NCBI GenBank assembly: GCA_040437565.1
Contig: JBDOQK010000048.1
Coordinates: 186,001-249,990 of the forward strand
Direction of reading: 5' to 3'
Origin: Albugo candida
Taxonomy: Eukaryota
Length of the DNA stretch: 63,990 bases
The translations under genes and the position numbers were made by a program. Below, one piece after another: positions 22,817-32,677 of the stretch (its first letter is position 1; each line of letters opens with the position of its first letter). The notes beneath the pieces are model-generated. The model had not been told where the DNA came from, made no database searches, and saw only the letters and a program-made list of their open reading frames with translations.

Positions 22817-23663
22817 CTATCGCTCGAGATGCTGTAAAAGACCTTGACGAATCAGTGGCTCTGCGTCGAATCGCCGTAAGAAATGCGTCGAGTTTGCTTC
22901 CAGATTCACAACTCCAGATTCCGTCATTAGCTCGCCACAATCGTGCAACACGCGGACCTCAATGTAAAGATTTTTAGGTGGAGCCAAATCCTGTAAGAAA
23001 GCGTCAGCGACGACGGGAGATAGAGGATCAGCACGCACGCACAGTGGTCACATCGAGATCGAGATCGGTCATGTAATCGGAGAGTTGCTGGTCATATGCG
23101 TGGAAGAATTGCATTTCAGCTAGAGAAAGACTTGAGGAATGGTGAGGCTTTTCTAGAGAGGTGGTGAGATTGGATGAACCTTTTACGCATTGCATCGGGA
23201 ACTACCGCGCCCACTTCCCACCGCAAAGCTTTGATTTCACGCACTCGAGCCATGCTACAGTGATGGAATCAGATTGACGAATGTTTATTTTTGATGGTTG
23301 AAGTACAGATATGCGAGTAAACAACGTTTGTTGCGTAAGAGACATTGATGTGTGACCACAAGACCACAATGCACAGACGGATGCTGGTCGATTTCATCAC
23401 CAAAAACTCTGACTGCACATAAGAATCAGATCTGAGGATAGTATCAGAATAGTACCTTAGTTTCTCTAGAATTTGATCATGCAGCATGGCCAGTTCCTCG
23501 ACTACCTTCCGCACTCCTTCTTCCTAGAAATGTACGAATTCTGTAACCTATCCATTGATCGGATGAAGGAGTGGATCAGCATGCCTACATTATAGACGGG
23601 AAGCCATTCGCTTCGCTCTAGTTCTCGTATCAGGTCGATGGCTGCGGTGCAAAGCGATGTCAT
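22817..23663 (-). CDS. PSF1: GINS complex subunit Psf1 (multi-intron)
   Basis: Hand-spliced exons: MTSLCTAAIDLIRELERSEWLPVYN / EEGVRKVVEE... / HQCLLRNKRCLLAYL / RVREIKALRWEVG / ...DLAPPKNLYIEVRVLHDCGE...HFLRRFDAEPLIRQGLL. Confidence 0.9.
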
Positions 23664-24459
23664 TTCCACAGTCTAGACAACTTATAAGGTACGGCAGTAA
23701 GTAATAACTTGTGAAATAAGATATATATTGTCAAAAATCAGTATATGAGATGGCTAATCAATTATGACGCATCGCTTCGCACTCATCGATCCAATCGGTA
23801 TACACGTCAATAGGAGCGCTTAAATCTATTCACGACGACAATGTGAGTCGTTATCACTGGCGATATAGCATTACATACAGTGTATGGTGGTTTGAAAAGA
23901 CTCTGTGCACACTCGACAGGATAAGTGGCCAATATTACGGTCACGATCCCTACATAAATTCTTGCGATTAGTTGAAGTCATATTACGCCGTACGTACGAT
24001 ATACACACATTTTACACTCGACTGCGTCATCATGCGAACAAAACGGACATTTAAATACGGTTGCAACCACTTGTTTCTTCCTCGTTTGAATCTTTTTGGT
24101 CGCTTTCTTACGTCTTCCCATTGCTACCTTTACTCACCAATCAGGTATACACATTGACGTGTACCACATGAATCCATTCTCCATCCTACTTTTAATAAAA
24201 CCACACCATATAAATGCTATTTCTAACCAATCGAAACGTTTCACACATCGCATAAGAATGCGACGCTTTCTTTGGCTTCGTTTTTGGTATAAATAGGACC
24301 GATAAATAGCTTTTTCAATACGATATAAAAGGCTGGTAGGATGAAGACGTGAGTCGTTTGCTTCGCCAAGTTCTTACCCTTTGTGTCTTTGAGTGAAATC
24401 GATCTTTCGTTCAGATTGACACAAACCAAAAACTTTCCTTCTGCGAAACCAGTACGAAC

Positions 24460-25473
24460 ATGAACTCGATCCAGACCCAAAAGCAAACCGGAAATACTTC
24501 CATCTCTTCTGAACCACAAAGCACCGCATCGGCAATTTTCCAAACTGTCGTTTTTTCCCGAAAAAATACGCACACGGGCCCAAATGAATTGCGTCAGCGA
24601 CCGACTCTGGCATCATCAGTGCCTCCGGTTCAGAAACTTGCTGATCTGACTCCAAACCCGTTGGCGAGTATCGTTCATCAGGCGGATCGGAATGGGAAGC
24701 AGAAAGAGATTGTGAATGCTCCCAATGTTCGTACGGGATCCAGACGATTGTCACGGCAAGACAGAGAATCTCCACAAAATCATAGCTTCAAAAATCTTCT
24801 TTCCAACTTTTGCACATCATTAAAAATCTCGGAACATCATCAAAAGCCCCAACCGATCAACGATATTGCAAAACCTCAGCATTACTCGTATCGAAATGCG
24901 TCATCCACCCAACTTGAAAGCGTCTTACCACCTCAATTCCCACAAGATATCGGCAAGAAATGCTTGGTGCTCGATTTGGATGAGACTCTCGTTCACAGTT
25001 CTTTCCGTCCAACCTCCAATCCGGATTACATCATTCCCGTAGAGATTGACGGTATGCTTCATCAAGTGTACGTCTGCAAACGACCCGGAGTCGATTTATT
25101 CCTTACTGAAATGGCAAAGTACTACGAAATTGTCATCTACACTGCTAGTTTGAGTAAATACGCGAATCCTCTTTTGGACCGATTGGACCCGGAACGAACC
25201 ATTCGTCATCGATTGTACCGTGAACACTGTGTCTTGCATGATGGAAACTACATCAAAGACTTGTCTCTGATCAATCGCGACCTCACTCAAAGCATCATCA
25301 TCGACAATTCGCCCATGTCATATCTCTTCCACCCACGTAACGCCATTGGATGTTCCAGCTTTATCGACGACCCTCGTGATCGCGAATTGGATTCCATTAA
25401 CCGATTTCTCAAATTGGTATGCAGTGTGGACGATGTACGAAATCACTTGCATGCATGGAATGCTTCATTTTAG
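24460..25473 (+). CDS. Small CTD phosphatase (SCP/Psr1/NIF, FCP1-homology domain)
   Basis: KKCLVLDLDETLVHSSF, KRPGVDLFL, YTASLSKYANPLLDRLD, RLYREHC, YIKDLS, IIIDNSP. Confidence 0.93.
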   Translation: MNSIQTQKQTGNTSISSEPQSTASAIFQTVVFSRKNTHTGPNELRQRPTLASSVPPVQKLADLTPNPLASIVHQADRNGKQKEIVNAPNVRTGSRRLSRQDRESPQNHSFKNLLSNFCTSLKISEHHQKPQPINDIAKPQHYSYRNASSTQLESVLPPQFPQDIGKKCLVLDLDETLVHSSFRPTSNPDYIIPVEIDGMLHQVYVCKRPGVDLFLTEMAKYYEIVIYTASLSKYANPLLDRLDPERTIRHRLYREHCVLHDGNYIKDLSLINRDLTQSIIIDNSPMSYLFHPRNAIGCSSFIDDPRDRELDSINRFLKLVCSVDDVRNHLHAWNASF

Positions 25474-25659
25474 GAAGTTCTCTGCCTGCCTCAATCGTTT
25501 ATAATACCTAATTATATAAAGGAAAGCATCACACTTTTCCGCTAGATTTTTCCTTCATTCCGACAGAGTATCGTACAATTCCGGTTAAGTACGATCTAAG
25601 CCTTTGTCTGTGAACCTATTATTAGTACTGGCAACTTTTCGGCCAAAATCCTTTTAATT

Positions 25660-26816
25660 ATGTCCAGAAAGAACAGTGAGACGTGCGAGAATGACAGTAA
25701 ATCGTGGGCGGACGATATCAAGCGCTACCACGTAATTTTATTGTGTGTGTTGCAGAATGTCTATAAGCTAAGATACTTTAGACGGAGAAGAGGACTCTGC
25801 AATGGCGACCCGAACAGCAGACTCCTGTTCGGCATGTGACTCGATACGACATGGCTCGACAGGAGCGCGCATATGACGTCATTTTGTGCAAAGAACGAGA
25901 ACCTGAACGAGTAAGTGCAATTCTCTCGATGTGATTGGAACACTGCTGGAGGATTGATGTAGGAAGCACAACGACAAAGCAAGGAAAGAAGCGACATCGA
26001 TATGATGCAACAGCGTGGAAAGGTAAGTCTTACATGAGGCAACGGATCAGTTTGACAATAACGATGCACTAGGAGAATCAGCTCAAATACGGGCAGCAGT
26101 ATGACATTATTCATCATCAACCAGTATGCCCTGAAACCACGCCGAGTACGTCGCATATTCCCAACAGAAGTCAGAATAGGATCACTTCGCAAGCAGAAAT
26201 CTTCCAAGAACGAGTTGCTACTCATTCAAATCCGCCTTCCACAGCCGCACAGAAAATGAGAGAATTTGACATCGTCTCAAACAAGTAAGCACTTTACTTG
26301 GACTGTATGTATACTGAAGCGGTATGTAGATTCCATACCAACCATCAAGAACGAGAATCAGCCATTCAGCAAGCTGTACTTCACGATGCTTCTGAAAAGA
26401 TGACCAAAGCGAAGGCTTATGATCCCATCCAATCAAAATACTGCGATGATCTCCAAGAAATGCAAGAAGCCAATCAGCTCTCAGAACGAAGACATCGATC
26501 CGTTCACTTTCCAGCTCAGCGGTCTTATAATATAGTAAATCACCAGTCTTCCGAACAAGATGACTGCGTAATGGGCATGGAGCATAATAACACCAATCGA
26601 GTGCAGAAAGAGGTAGTCGAAGCCCGCATGCGATTACACGGACAGCAAGATCAGGATCGTCAAGAAAACCGGAGGCTTCATCGAGCTGCCCCAAAGCGAT
26701 TGACCGAAACGTACGCTCATGGGTACGACTTGATTACCAATGAATCGTATTCGGGAAGAAACGCCAAGAAGATGGTGTTTCCACCGAAGAATGATTTTGA
26801 TCGAGCAGGAGGATGA
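25660..26816 (+). CDS. Five-exon 319-aa protein of unknown function with repeated [YF][DN]x[IV] motifs
   Basis: Exons 25660-25731, 25782-25910, 25963-26022, 26073-26284 and 26330-26816 are joined by GT-AG introns of 50, 52, 50 and 45 nt (donors gtaatt/gtaagt/gtaagt/gtaagc). The result is a stop-free 960-nt CDS; only the last exon is in the ORF track. Confidence 0.8.
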
Positions 26817-26920
26817 CTCATTATTTAGTGTATTTACATTTATATAGTAATCTTATGTATGACACCTTGAATAAGCAAGCTTACGTGGCACTCAATCCTC
26901 CTCAATTGGCCCAATCACTA

Positions 26921-28168
26921 ATGGCTGCAAGAGTTTCGCTTCTGTTGGCGACTTTGAGCTCGATCTCCTTTCTTTCTTTCGTTCATCCCGACCGAATTCA
27001 GTCCTTCTCATTTAAGGGTCCGTTTAAAGACCTTGATAAGGATGAAGTTCGTGATGTTGGCCCGGAATGGACTTCTGGTGGTCACACCCAAGTTAAAAAG
27101 AGCTTTGTCCGCCTCACGCCCAATCGACAGAGTAAACGAGGACATGTGTGGAATAAGAATGCGATCGATTCTGATGAGTTTTCCGCGATTGTCTCTTTTC
27201 GAATTCACGGAACCAGTCGGTACGTGTTTGCGGATGGCCTTGCCATTTGGATTACACATGAACGAGCACATCGCGATGGTCCAAATCACGGCTTTCTTGA
27301 AAAGTATTACGGTGTGGGCATCGTACTTGATACGTATCACAACTCTGAATACAAAGGTGCTCACAAGGATGTGATCATACAAATTAATGACGGAACCAAG
27401 GACCTCGAGACGCATTACAAAGAAGATGTTAAAGGATGTGAATCTGCTTATCGATATCACAGTGAAAGCGAAGAGTTCGATCCAGTGTACAGCTTCAGTC
27501 GACTCCAACTTGGTATCAAGGGAAACCAACTTATCGTGCAAATGGATCCCAAAGCGGAAGGGCGTTGGCAAGAGTGTTTTAAAACCACACTTCCATTTTC
27601 TTCAAGCTGGTTGCGTCAAGCTACTATTGGAATCAGCGCATCAACGGGCTCACTTGCAGATAATCATGAAATTATCAGCTTTGCTGCATTCAATCAATTG
27701 GTCGACATCAACATGAATGACGAGGATGGGAGTGTACTGCTTCATAAAAGTTCCAAGAATGATGCAGCACGGCTCATGGATCAAAGTTGCGACAAGCATT
27801 GCGCTCTTCCTATCTTAGAAAAATTGGTCGCAAATTTGCATGTTGAATTGGAGCACCGTCTCGAAGAAGTGAAGGAAGCCATGGAGCATACAATTGGAAA
27901 GCTCAAAGAGAAAGAGACCTCTAATCACATCAAAATCGATGCGATGTATGAAAAAATCCAGACGACTTTGGATAGTAAAATTGGCGAAAAGTTTCACGAT
28001 GTGCGTTCCTCTTTGCACGAGAAGATCATTACCAAAGTGGAAGGCGAAGCTCTGGTGGCACATGCGGGATGGCGAAGACCTTTCTTCATCATCGTTCTCC
28101 TTTTTGTGGGGATGGTCGGGTACGCTTACCGAAAATACCAGCGATTGATGCGAACGCACTTGCTATAG
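26921..28168 (+). CDS. L-type lectin cargo receptor (ERGIC-53/VIP36/Emp47-like)
   Basis: Signal peptide MAARVSLLLATLSSISFLSFV. Lectin motifs SFKGPF, VRLTPNRQSKRGHVWN, ADGLAIW, GVGIVLDTYHN, GISASTGSLADNHEI. Coiled-coil stalk, TM PFFIIVLLFVGMVGYAY, and a short tail ending LL. Confidence 0.92.
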   Translation: MAARVSLLLATLSSISFLSFVHPDRIQSFSFKGPFKDLDKDEVRDVGPEWTSGGHTQVKKSFVRLTPNRQSKRGHVWNKNAIDSDEFSAIVSFRIHGTSRYVFADGLAIWITHERAHRDGPNHGFLEKYYGVGIVLDTYHNSEYKGAHKDVIIQINDGTKDLETHYKEDVKGCESAYRYHSESEEFDPVYSFSRLQLGIKGNQLIVQMDPKAEGRWQECFKTTLPFSSSWLRQATIGISASTGSLADNHEIISFAAFNQLVDINMNDEDGSVLLHKSSKNDAARLMDQSCDKHCALPILEKLVANLHVELEHRLEEVKEAMEHTIGKLKEKETSNHIKIDAMYEKIQTTLDSKIGEKFHDVRSSLHEKIITKVEGEALVAHAGWRRPFFIIVLLFVGMVGYAYRKYQRLMRTHLL

Positions 28169-28606
28169 CTCTAGTCTTGCTTTTGTTTCTCAAAAATCAA
28201 ATTGACTTGAAGCGTAAAAGTGTGTCTTTCTGATCTTTTACTCACATTGAAGTGCAAGTGTTATTTACGCGATCGTGCTTGAGAGTGTGTTGGTGGCGTG
28301 TCTCTCTGACGGTAGAGCCGGTTTATCGGTATATGGAGCTGATAAAGTCAGCATAGTGATTGTGCATGCCCTACCACTTTAGATGCATGCGACATGCGCG
28401 CGGAGAAACATCCGTGTCGGATACATAAACTAAGAGAAGTATTGTGTAGAGAGTGCAAAAAAAATGATTGAACTTTCTCCTTTGCGAGTAATCCACAAGG
28501 AGACAAGGCTAAAGCTTGGGCGTTGATGAAGGCGTTGCAGTACCTTCGATTTCTATTTGACTAAAAAACATCGCACATCTCGAATCAAACTTCGTCTCAC
28601 AGAGCA

Positions 28607-28939
28607 ATGGTTTTGATTGCAACCGCTTACAACCGACCAATCAACCAATGCAATACCATCTATCCTGGATTCAATACAATTCAAACATCACAGTGTCGAC
28701 AGCCCGCTCATCGGGTTTCCCAACATGCGACGAACGTAAAAAGGAAAGTGAATAATGAATTCGTAGCGAAAACATGGAACGATGCCAATGGTTCCACATA
28801 CGATTGGCATGATAAGCACGATGAAGATTTTGATGGATACCAGAAAGCAAGCAAATTGCAGCCATTTGCGTTTCATGACTACCCGGCCGGTGACTTGACC
28901 ATTCAGGAAATAGATATGCTACATTACATTTTATCGTGA
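28607..28939 (+). CDS. Hypothetical 110-aa protein
   Basis: Isolated ATG-initiated ORF in otherwise empty intergenic space, with an acidic then amphipathic C-terminus (LTIQEIDMLHYILS). No family recognised. Confidence 0.4.
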   Translation: MVLIATAYNRPINQCNTIYPGFNTIQTSQCRQPAHRVSQHATNVKRKVNNEFVAKTWNDANGSTYDWHDKHDEDFDGYQKASKLQPFAFHDYPAGDLTIQEIDMLHYILS

Positions 28940-29037
28940 AAGATAGTATATTCAGAACTTGACGTGTCGCTCAGTTGTCCATTCCAAAAGTAATGTTATT
29001 TTCAGATTATTGAAGCAATATAGACAACACGAGTTAA

Positions 29038-30081
29038 TTAATTTTGTGACCCACTGGGGCCCTCTATTTCGACCAGAGCCGGCGCGTGACATATAAGCGA
29101 CGTTGCGTATCTCATTACTTCATTCTTGCTGTCCTTGCTGTACATGGATAACCACTGATTCAACGCACCACGCAGCTCTTGTACCTTTCCATAACCCGCA
29201 ACAATGCCTCGATCCGAGCAAGCAAATTCCAGCTCGCTCAAACTCAAATCTTCTGTTCCTTCTTTTATCAGCATTAAATCATCAACGCGTAGCTCTTCCG
29301 CACGCCTGCACAAGTAGCGAACGAGATATGATTTGGGCAAAAACGTATAGATGAAGGCTAATCCTGGATTGCTTGCATGTATTTGAGCCAATAAAGAAAG
29401 ATGATCATCATTCAGCTTTTTGAGACATAATGGACCGCTCTCCTCGAAAAAAGGAGCAATTTTGTGCATCTCCAAAGGCGAAATATTCAGACTTTTATCA
29501 TTGACAAGTAACATATTTTTGTGCTTTTCCGGTCCATCGCTTATGCTCATTATTGGGCGAAGGATCTGTTTGAGCTTGGGATGGTATTCCGTTCGTGTCA
29601 ACGCGTCTTCCTGGAAAAAACGAGTCTTTTGATCATCACTCCAGAATTGCCAAGGAAGCAGTTGCTTTGGAAACTTGTAACCCAGTATTGGGGCAGCATA
29701 TCCGACCAATGGAACCGCAAATAGCACCATTAGAGGCAACGACTTGAATAGATCACGATGAGCTTGCCTCACAATCATCATTTCTCTTCTAGATACGTTT
29801 GTTTGCGGAATCTCTGATTGAGAATTTTTATTGGCCGCTTGTGTCTGCTTTATACGATTACGGATGTGCCAAGCCTGTAGATTTTCTTGATAGAGTCCTT
29901 TGGTACCCTGCACGAATGGCTGCATCCATAGGGCCAATTTCTGCAGCGCCGATCCTTTTGTTTTCAAAGGAGTGTTCCCTTTCATGGAGGACAGACATTC
30001 ACGTGCATCCCAGAACGTTGTCCGGTGGAATTTGCAAAGCACGCGCTTGTGACGCAATGAACATATTAGGATCGAGCTCAT
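29038..30081 (-). CDS. LETM1-domain mitochondrial protein (LETMD1-like)
   Basis: SRREMMIVRQAHRDLFKSLP + TM + FPKQLLPWQFW; RRAEELRVDDLMLIKEGTEDLSLSELEFACSDRGI...LNQWL; presequence-like N-terminus. Confidence 0.88.
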   Translation of the reverse strand: MSSILICSLRHKRVLCKFHRTTFWDARECLSSMKGNTPLKTKGSALQKLALWMQPFVQGTKGLYQENLQAWHIRNRIKQTQAANKNSQSEIPQTNVSRREMMIVRQAHRDLFKSLPLMVLFAVPLVGYAAPILGYKFPKQLLPWQFWSDDQKTRFFQEDALTRTEYHPKLKQILRPIMSISDGPEKHKNMLLVNDKSLNISPLEMHKIAPFFEESGPLCLKKLNDDHLSLLAQIHASNPGLAFIYTFLPKSYLVRYLCRRAEELRVDDLMLIKEGTEDLSLSELEFACSDRGIVAGYGKVQELRGALNQWLSMYSKDSKNEVMRYATSLICHAPALVEIEGPSGSQN

Positions 30082-30194
30082 TGGAATAGGAAAAATGAAT
30101 GGTGTGGCACTAAAATGATGTAACCACCTTAACTACATGATACGAAGCTACCAACTCCACTTTTTATACAAAAAAGCAAGCCAAATTGTGACAA

Positions 30195-31184
30195 TCACCA
30201 ATCAGCATAATTATCCAAAATGTATGGGGCAAAATACGTGATCAGAATGCTGGCTCCTGCACGTAAAAGACTCATATGCGCTTCACGAACGATAGAGTTG
30301 AATGAATCAGTAGAGCTCCCATAATCTTGTATCATTTTGTACTCACCAGACACGATATAACAAGCTACCGGGACGGTTTTCTTGGCGGCAAATACACTAA
30401 CAATATCTCCATAGAACAGCGAAGGTTTGACAATGACAAAATCTGCACCTTCCGATACATCTCGATCAAACGCCAACATTGCGTGAGAAGTGCTACCAAC
30501 AGGATGCTGATATCGTTGGCGATCGCCTTTAAATGTGGATTCGACAGCGTTACGGAATGGAGCATATAAGCATGAAGCCTTTTTAGAGGTGTACGCCATT
30601 ATCGATACATGCTGAAAGTTGTGCTCATTCAAAATAGTTCGTATAATTGCAATGCGATTGTCCATCATGTCAGAAGGACAAATCATTTGAGCACCAGCTT
30701 GTGCGTAAGCAAGCGCAATTATAGCCAGTCGTTTAACACTTTCCTGATTATCAATAACGAGTTCTTCTCCGACGGTACGCAAAATACCACAATGACCATG
30801 ATCGGTATACTCACAAAGGCAAACATCACAAGCAACAAGGAGACTTGGTATTTTCACACGAAGCTGTTGGATACACTCGATCACAGGCGTTGTCACAGTA
30901 TCTGCACACTTTCCCGACGAATCTTTATCTTGAACTACTCCAAATAGCATCACTGCTTTTAGGCCTTTCGCTTGTGCATCTTTTAGATGCGCAATAAGCG
31001 TAGAGAAAGAACCATCAGGTTGTCGGCCCCACTGCTTGTTGGGCTCCAATCCTTTGATATCACAGTCTTCATCACGTTGCGTCACGAATAAAGGGTAGAT
31101 CAATTGAGATGGGTGAAACGAGGGCTCACTCCATCGTCTTTGTGCCGGGTGATGTAGACTCGAATGGAGAGCACTCCTGCTCAT
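30195..31184 (-). CDS. ALAD: Delta-aminolevulinate dehydratase (porphobilinogen synthase), Zn-dependent type
   Basis: LIYPLFV, Zn site CDVCLCEYTDHGHCG, PSDMMDNRI, Schiff-base lysines in YTSKKAS and VIVKPS, VSGEY. Confidence 0.96.
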   Translation of the reverse strand: MSRSALHSSLHHPAQRRWSEPSFHPSQLIYPLFVTQRDEDCDIKGLEPNKQWGRQPDGSFSTLIAHLKDAQAKGLKAVMLFGVVQDKDSSGKCADTVTTPVIECIQQLRVKIPSLLVACDVCLCEYTDHGHCGILRTVGEELVIDNQESVKRLAIIALAYAQAGAQMICPSDMMDNRIAIIRTILNEHNFQHVSIMAYTSKKASCLYAPFRNAVESTFKGDRQRYQHPVGSTSHAMLAFDRDVSEGADFVIVKPSLFYGDIVSVFAAKKTVPVACYIVSGEYKMIQDYGSSTDSFNSIVREAHMSLLRAGASILITYFAPYILDNYADW

Positions 31185-32677
31185 TTTTATTAATTGAAAG
31201 AATACGATTGGTCTTTAAGTATCCAATTAACCTACATCATTACATTGTTCATAGCGATTCAAATTGGTTAAAACATTTGGTTGCGTGGTTGTTAGTGTTT
31301 ATAGGGTCCCTGCTGGGTTCTCAGGTACTGATTTGTCGTAACCAATGCATTGTAGTTCCCCGTGCGAATTTTCATCTATGTTCTGACTAGCATGCGAATG
31401 AATGGTATTATAGTCAGTACAGTTAGTAAGTAGGAATTGACATCTTTCGTGAGTGTTAAAGCTTTTCTTTTTCGTTGTAACAAGTGACTACCCAAAGAGA
31501 GTAAATATCCAACGCATCTAGCACTTCCATACTATAAATCTCTGTCAGATGTGTCGAGACCGCCAGCAACCTGCCCCGGGTATGACGAATTTCAAACGAA
31601 CTGATATTTGGGGCAATGGTATTTCAGCGCTAGTCACCGTCATAGAAGAAATGGCTACTTCGCAAACGATCTATTTCACATGACACAATGCATTTGTTCG
31701 ACATCTATGTATATTATATTACTAAGTCAGATAGTAGCACAATAGAGCTGCCACTTTTGTGGTAGCGACTCTTTAAACAGACCAGCCGCGAACATGGAAT
31801 AAATCACTGCAAGAGGAATTGTCGGCGGGATTGTAATGGTTGAAGAATTTATTGTTACTTTTGCTACACACGCTTCTTGATGTGGACTTAAAACGTCTAC
31901 TACTAGTAATTTACTGTATCGATCGATTTATGGAATTATTCATATCGCACGTATAGACAATGCTCTCGTAAGTGCTATTTCAGGAATCTAATTTGGCTTA
32001 AAGAGCATTGGGGCATTATGAGCATATACTTCCCACCTTTTGGCGCATTCTGCGTTAGTTCTGAGCGCAACCTCGAAGTGATAAACGAGCATGATTAGTA
32101 CAGCTTCTGTGAGCTGCTTCATAACATTTTGTTTCACACAAATATGGGTAGCCAGCAACCGTACACATATGGGAGCACTAGATGTCGCGCACTTCGTGTT
32201 CGATTATCATTTCATCAGTTGGTATTAATCAGCGAATGCTTCCACGTAATCACTCCGCTTCAGCTTACAGGCAGGTTTAAATCAGACGATATAGACCTGT
32301 GTTTGCATCATATCCTATTTGTAGAGAAATATCTCTACAGGTAAGGATTACCAACTGAGAGTACCATTAGTACGGGTCAGCGTACAGTCTATTACTGCAA
32401 TGATACCACACGCACAATCCTTTCCGAAGGGTAATTCTTATAGTAGCCCCCAACACCAGCATTCACTCATCGTACGTAAACGCTTTCTAGCTCAACTTGC
32501 CTAAAACTCATGCTTGCGGCTTGATGCATACTCGAGTCATGAAAAGCTCTCGCCCAAGTCCTCTTCGTATAGGCTCTGTCCTCTTCATGCTGAGACGCTT
32601 CAACTCGCGTCTATTCATACAATTCCAATCAGTCCGCTGACAACTCTCTGCGTACATGCGGGCAAAGTCGCTACAAC

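Noticed and set aside
28474-28503. Short hairpin tctcctt...aaggaga, a possible ncRNA
   Set aside because: A 7-bp stem can arise by chance; no convincing snoRNA boxes or tRNA arms.
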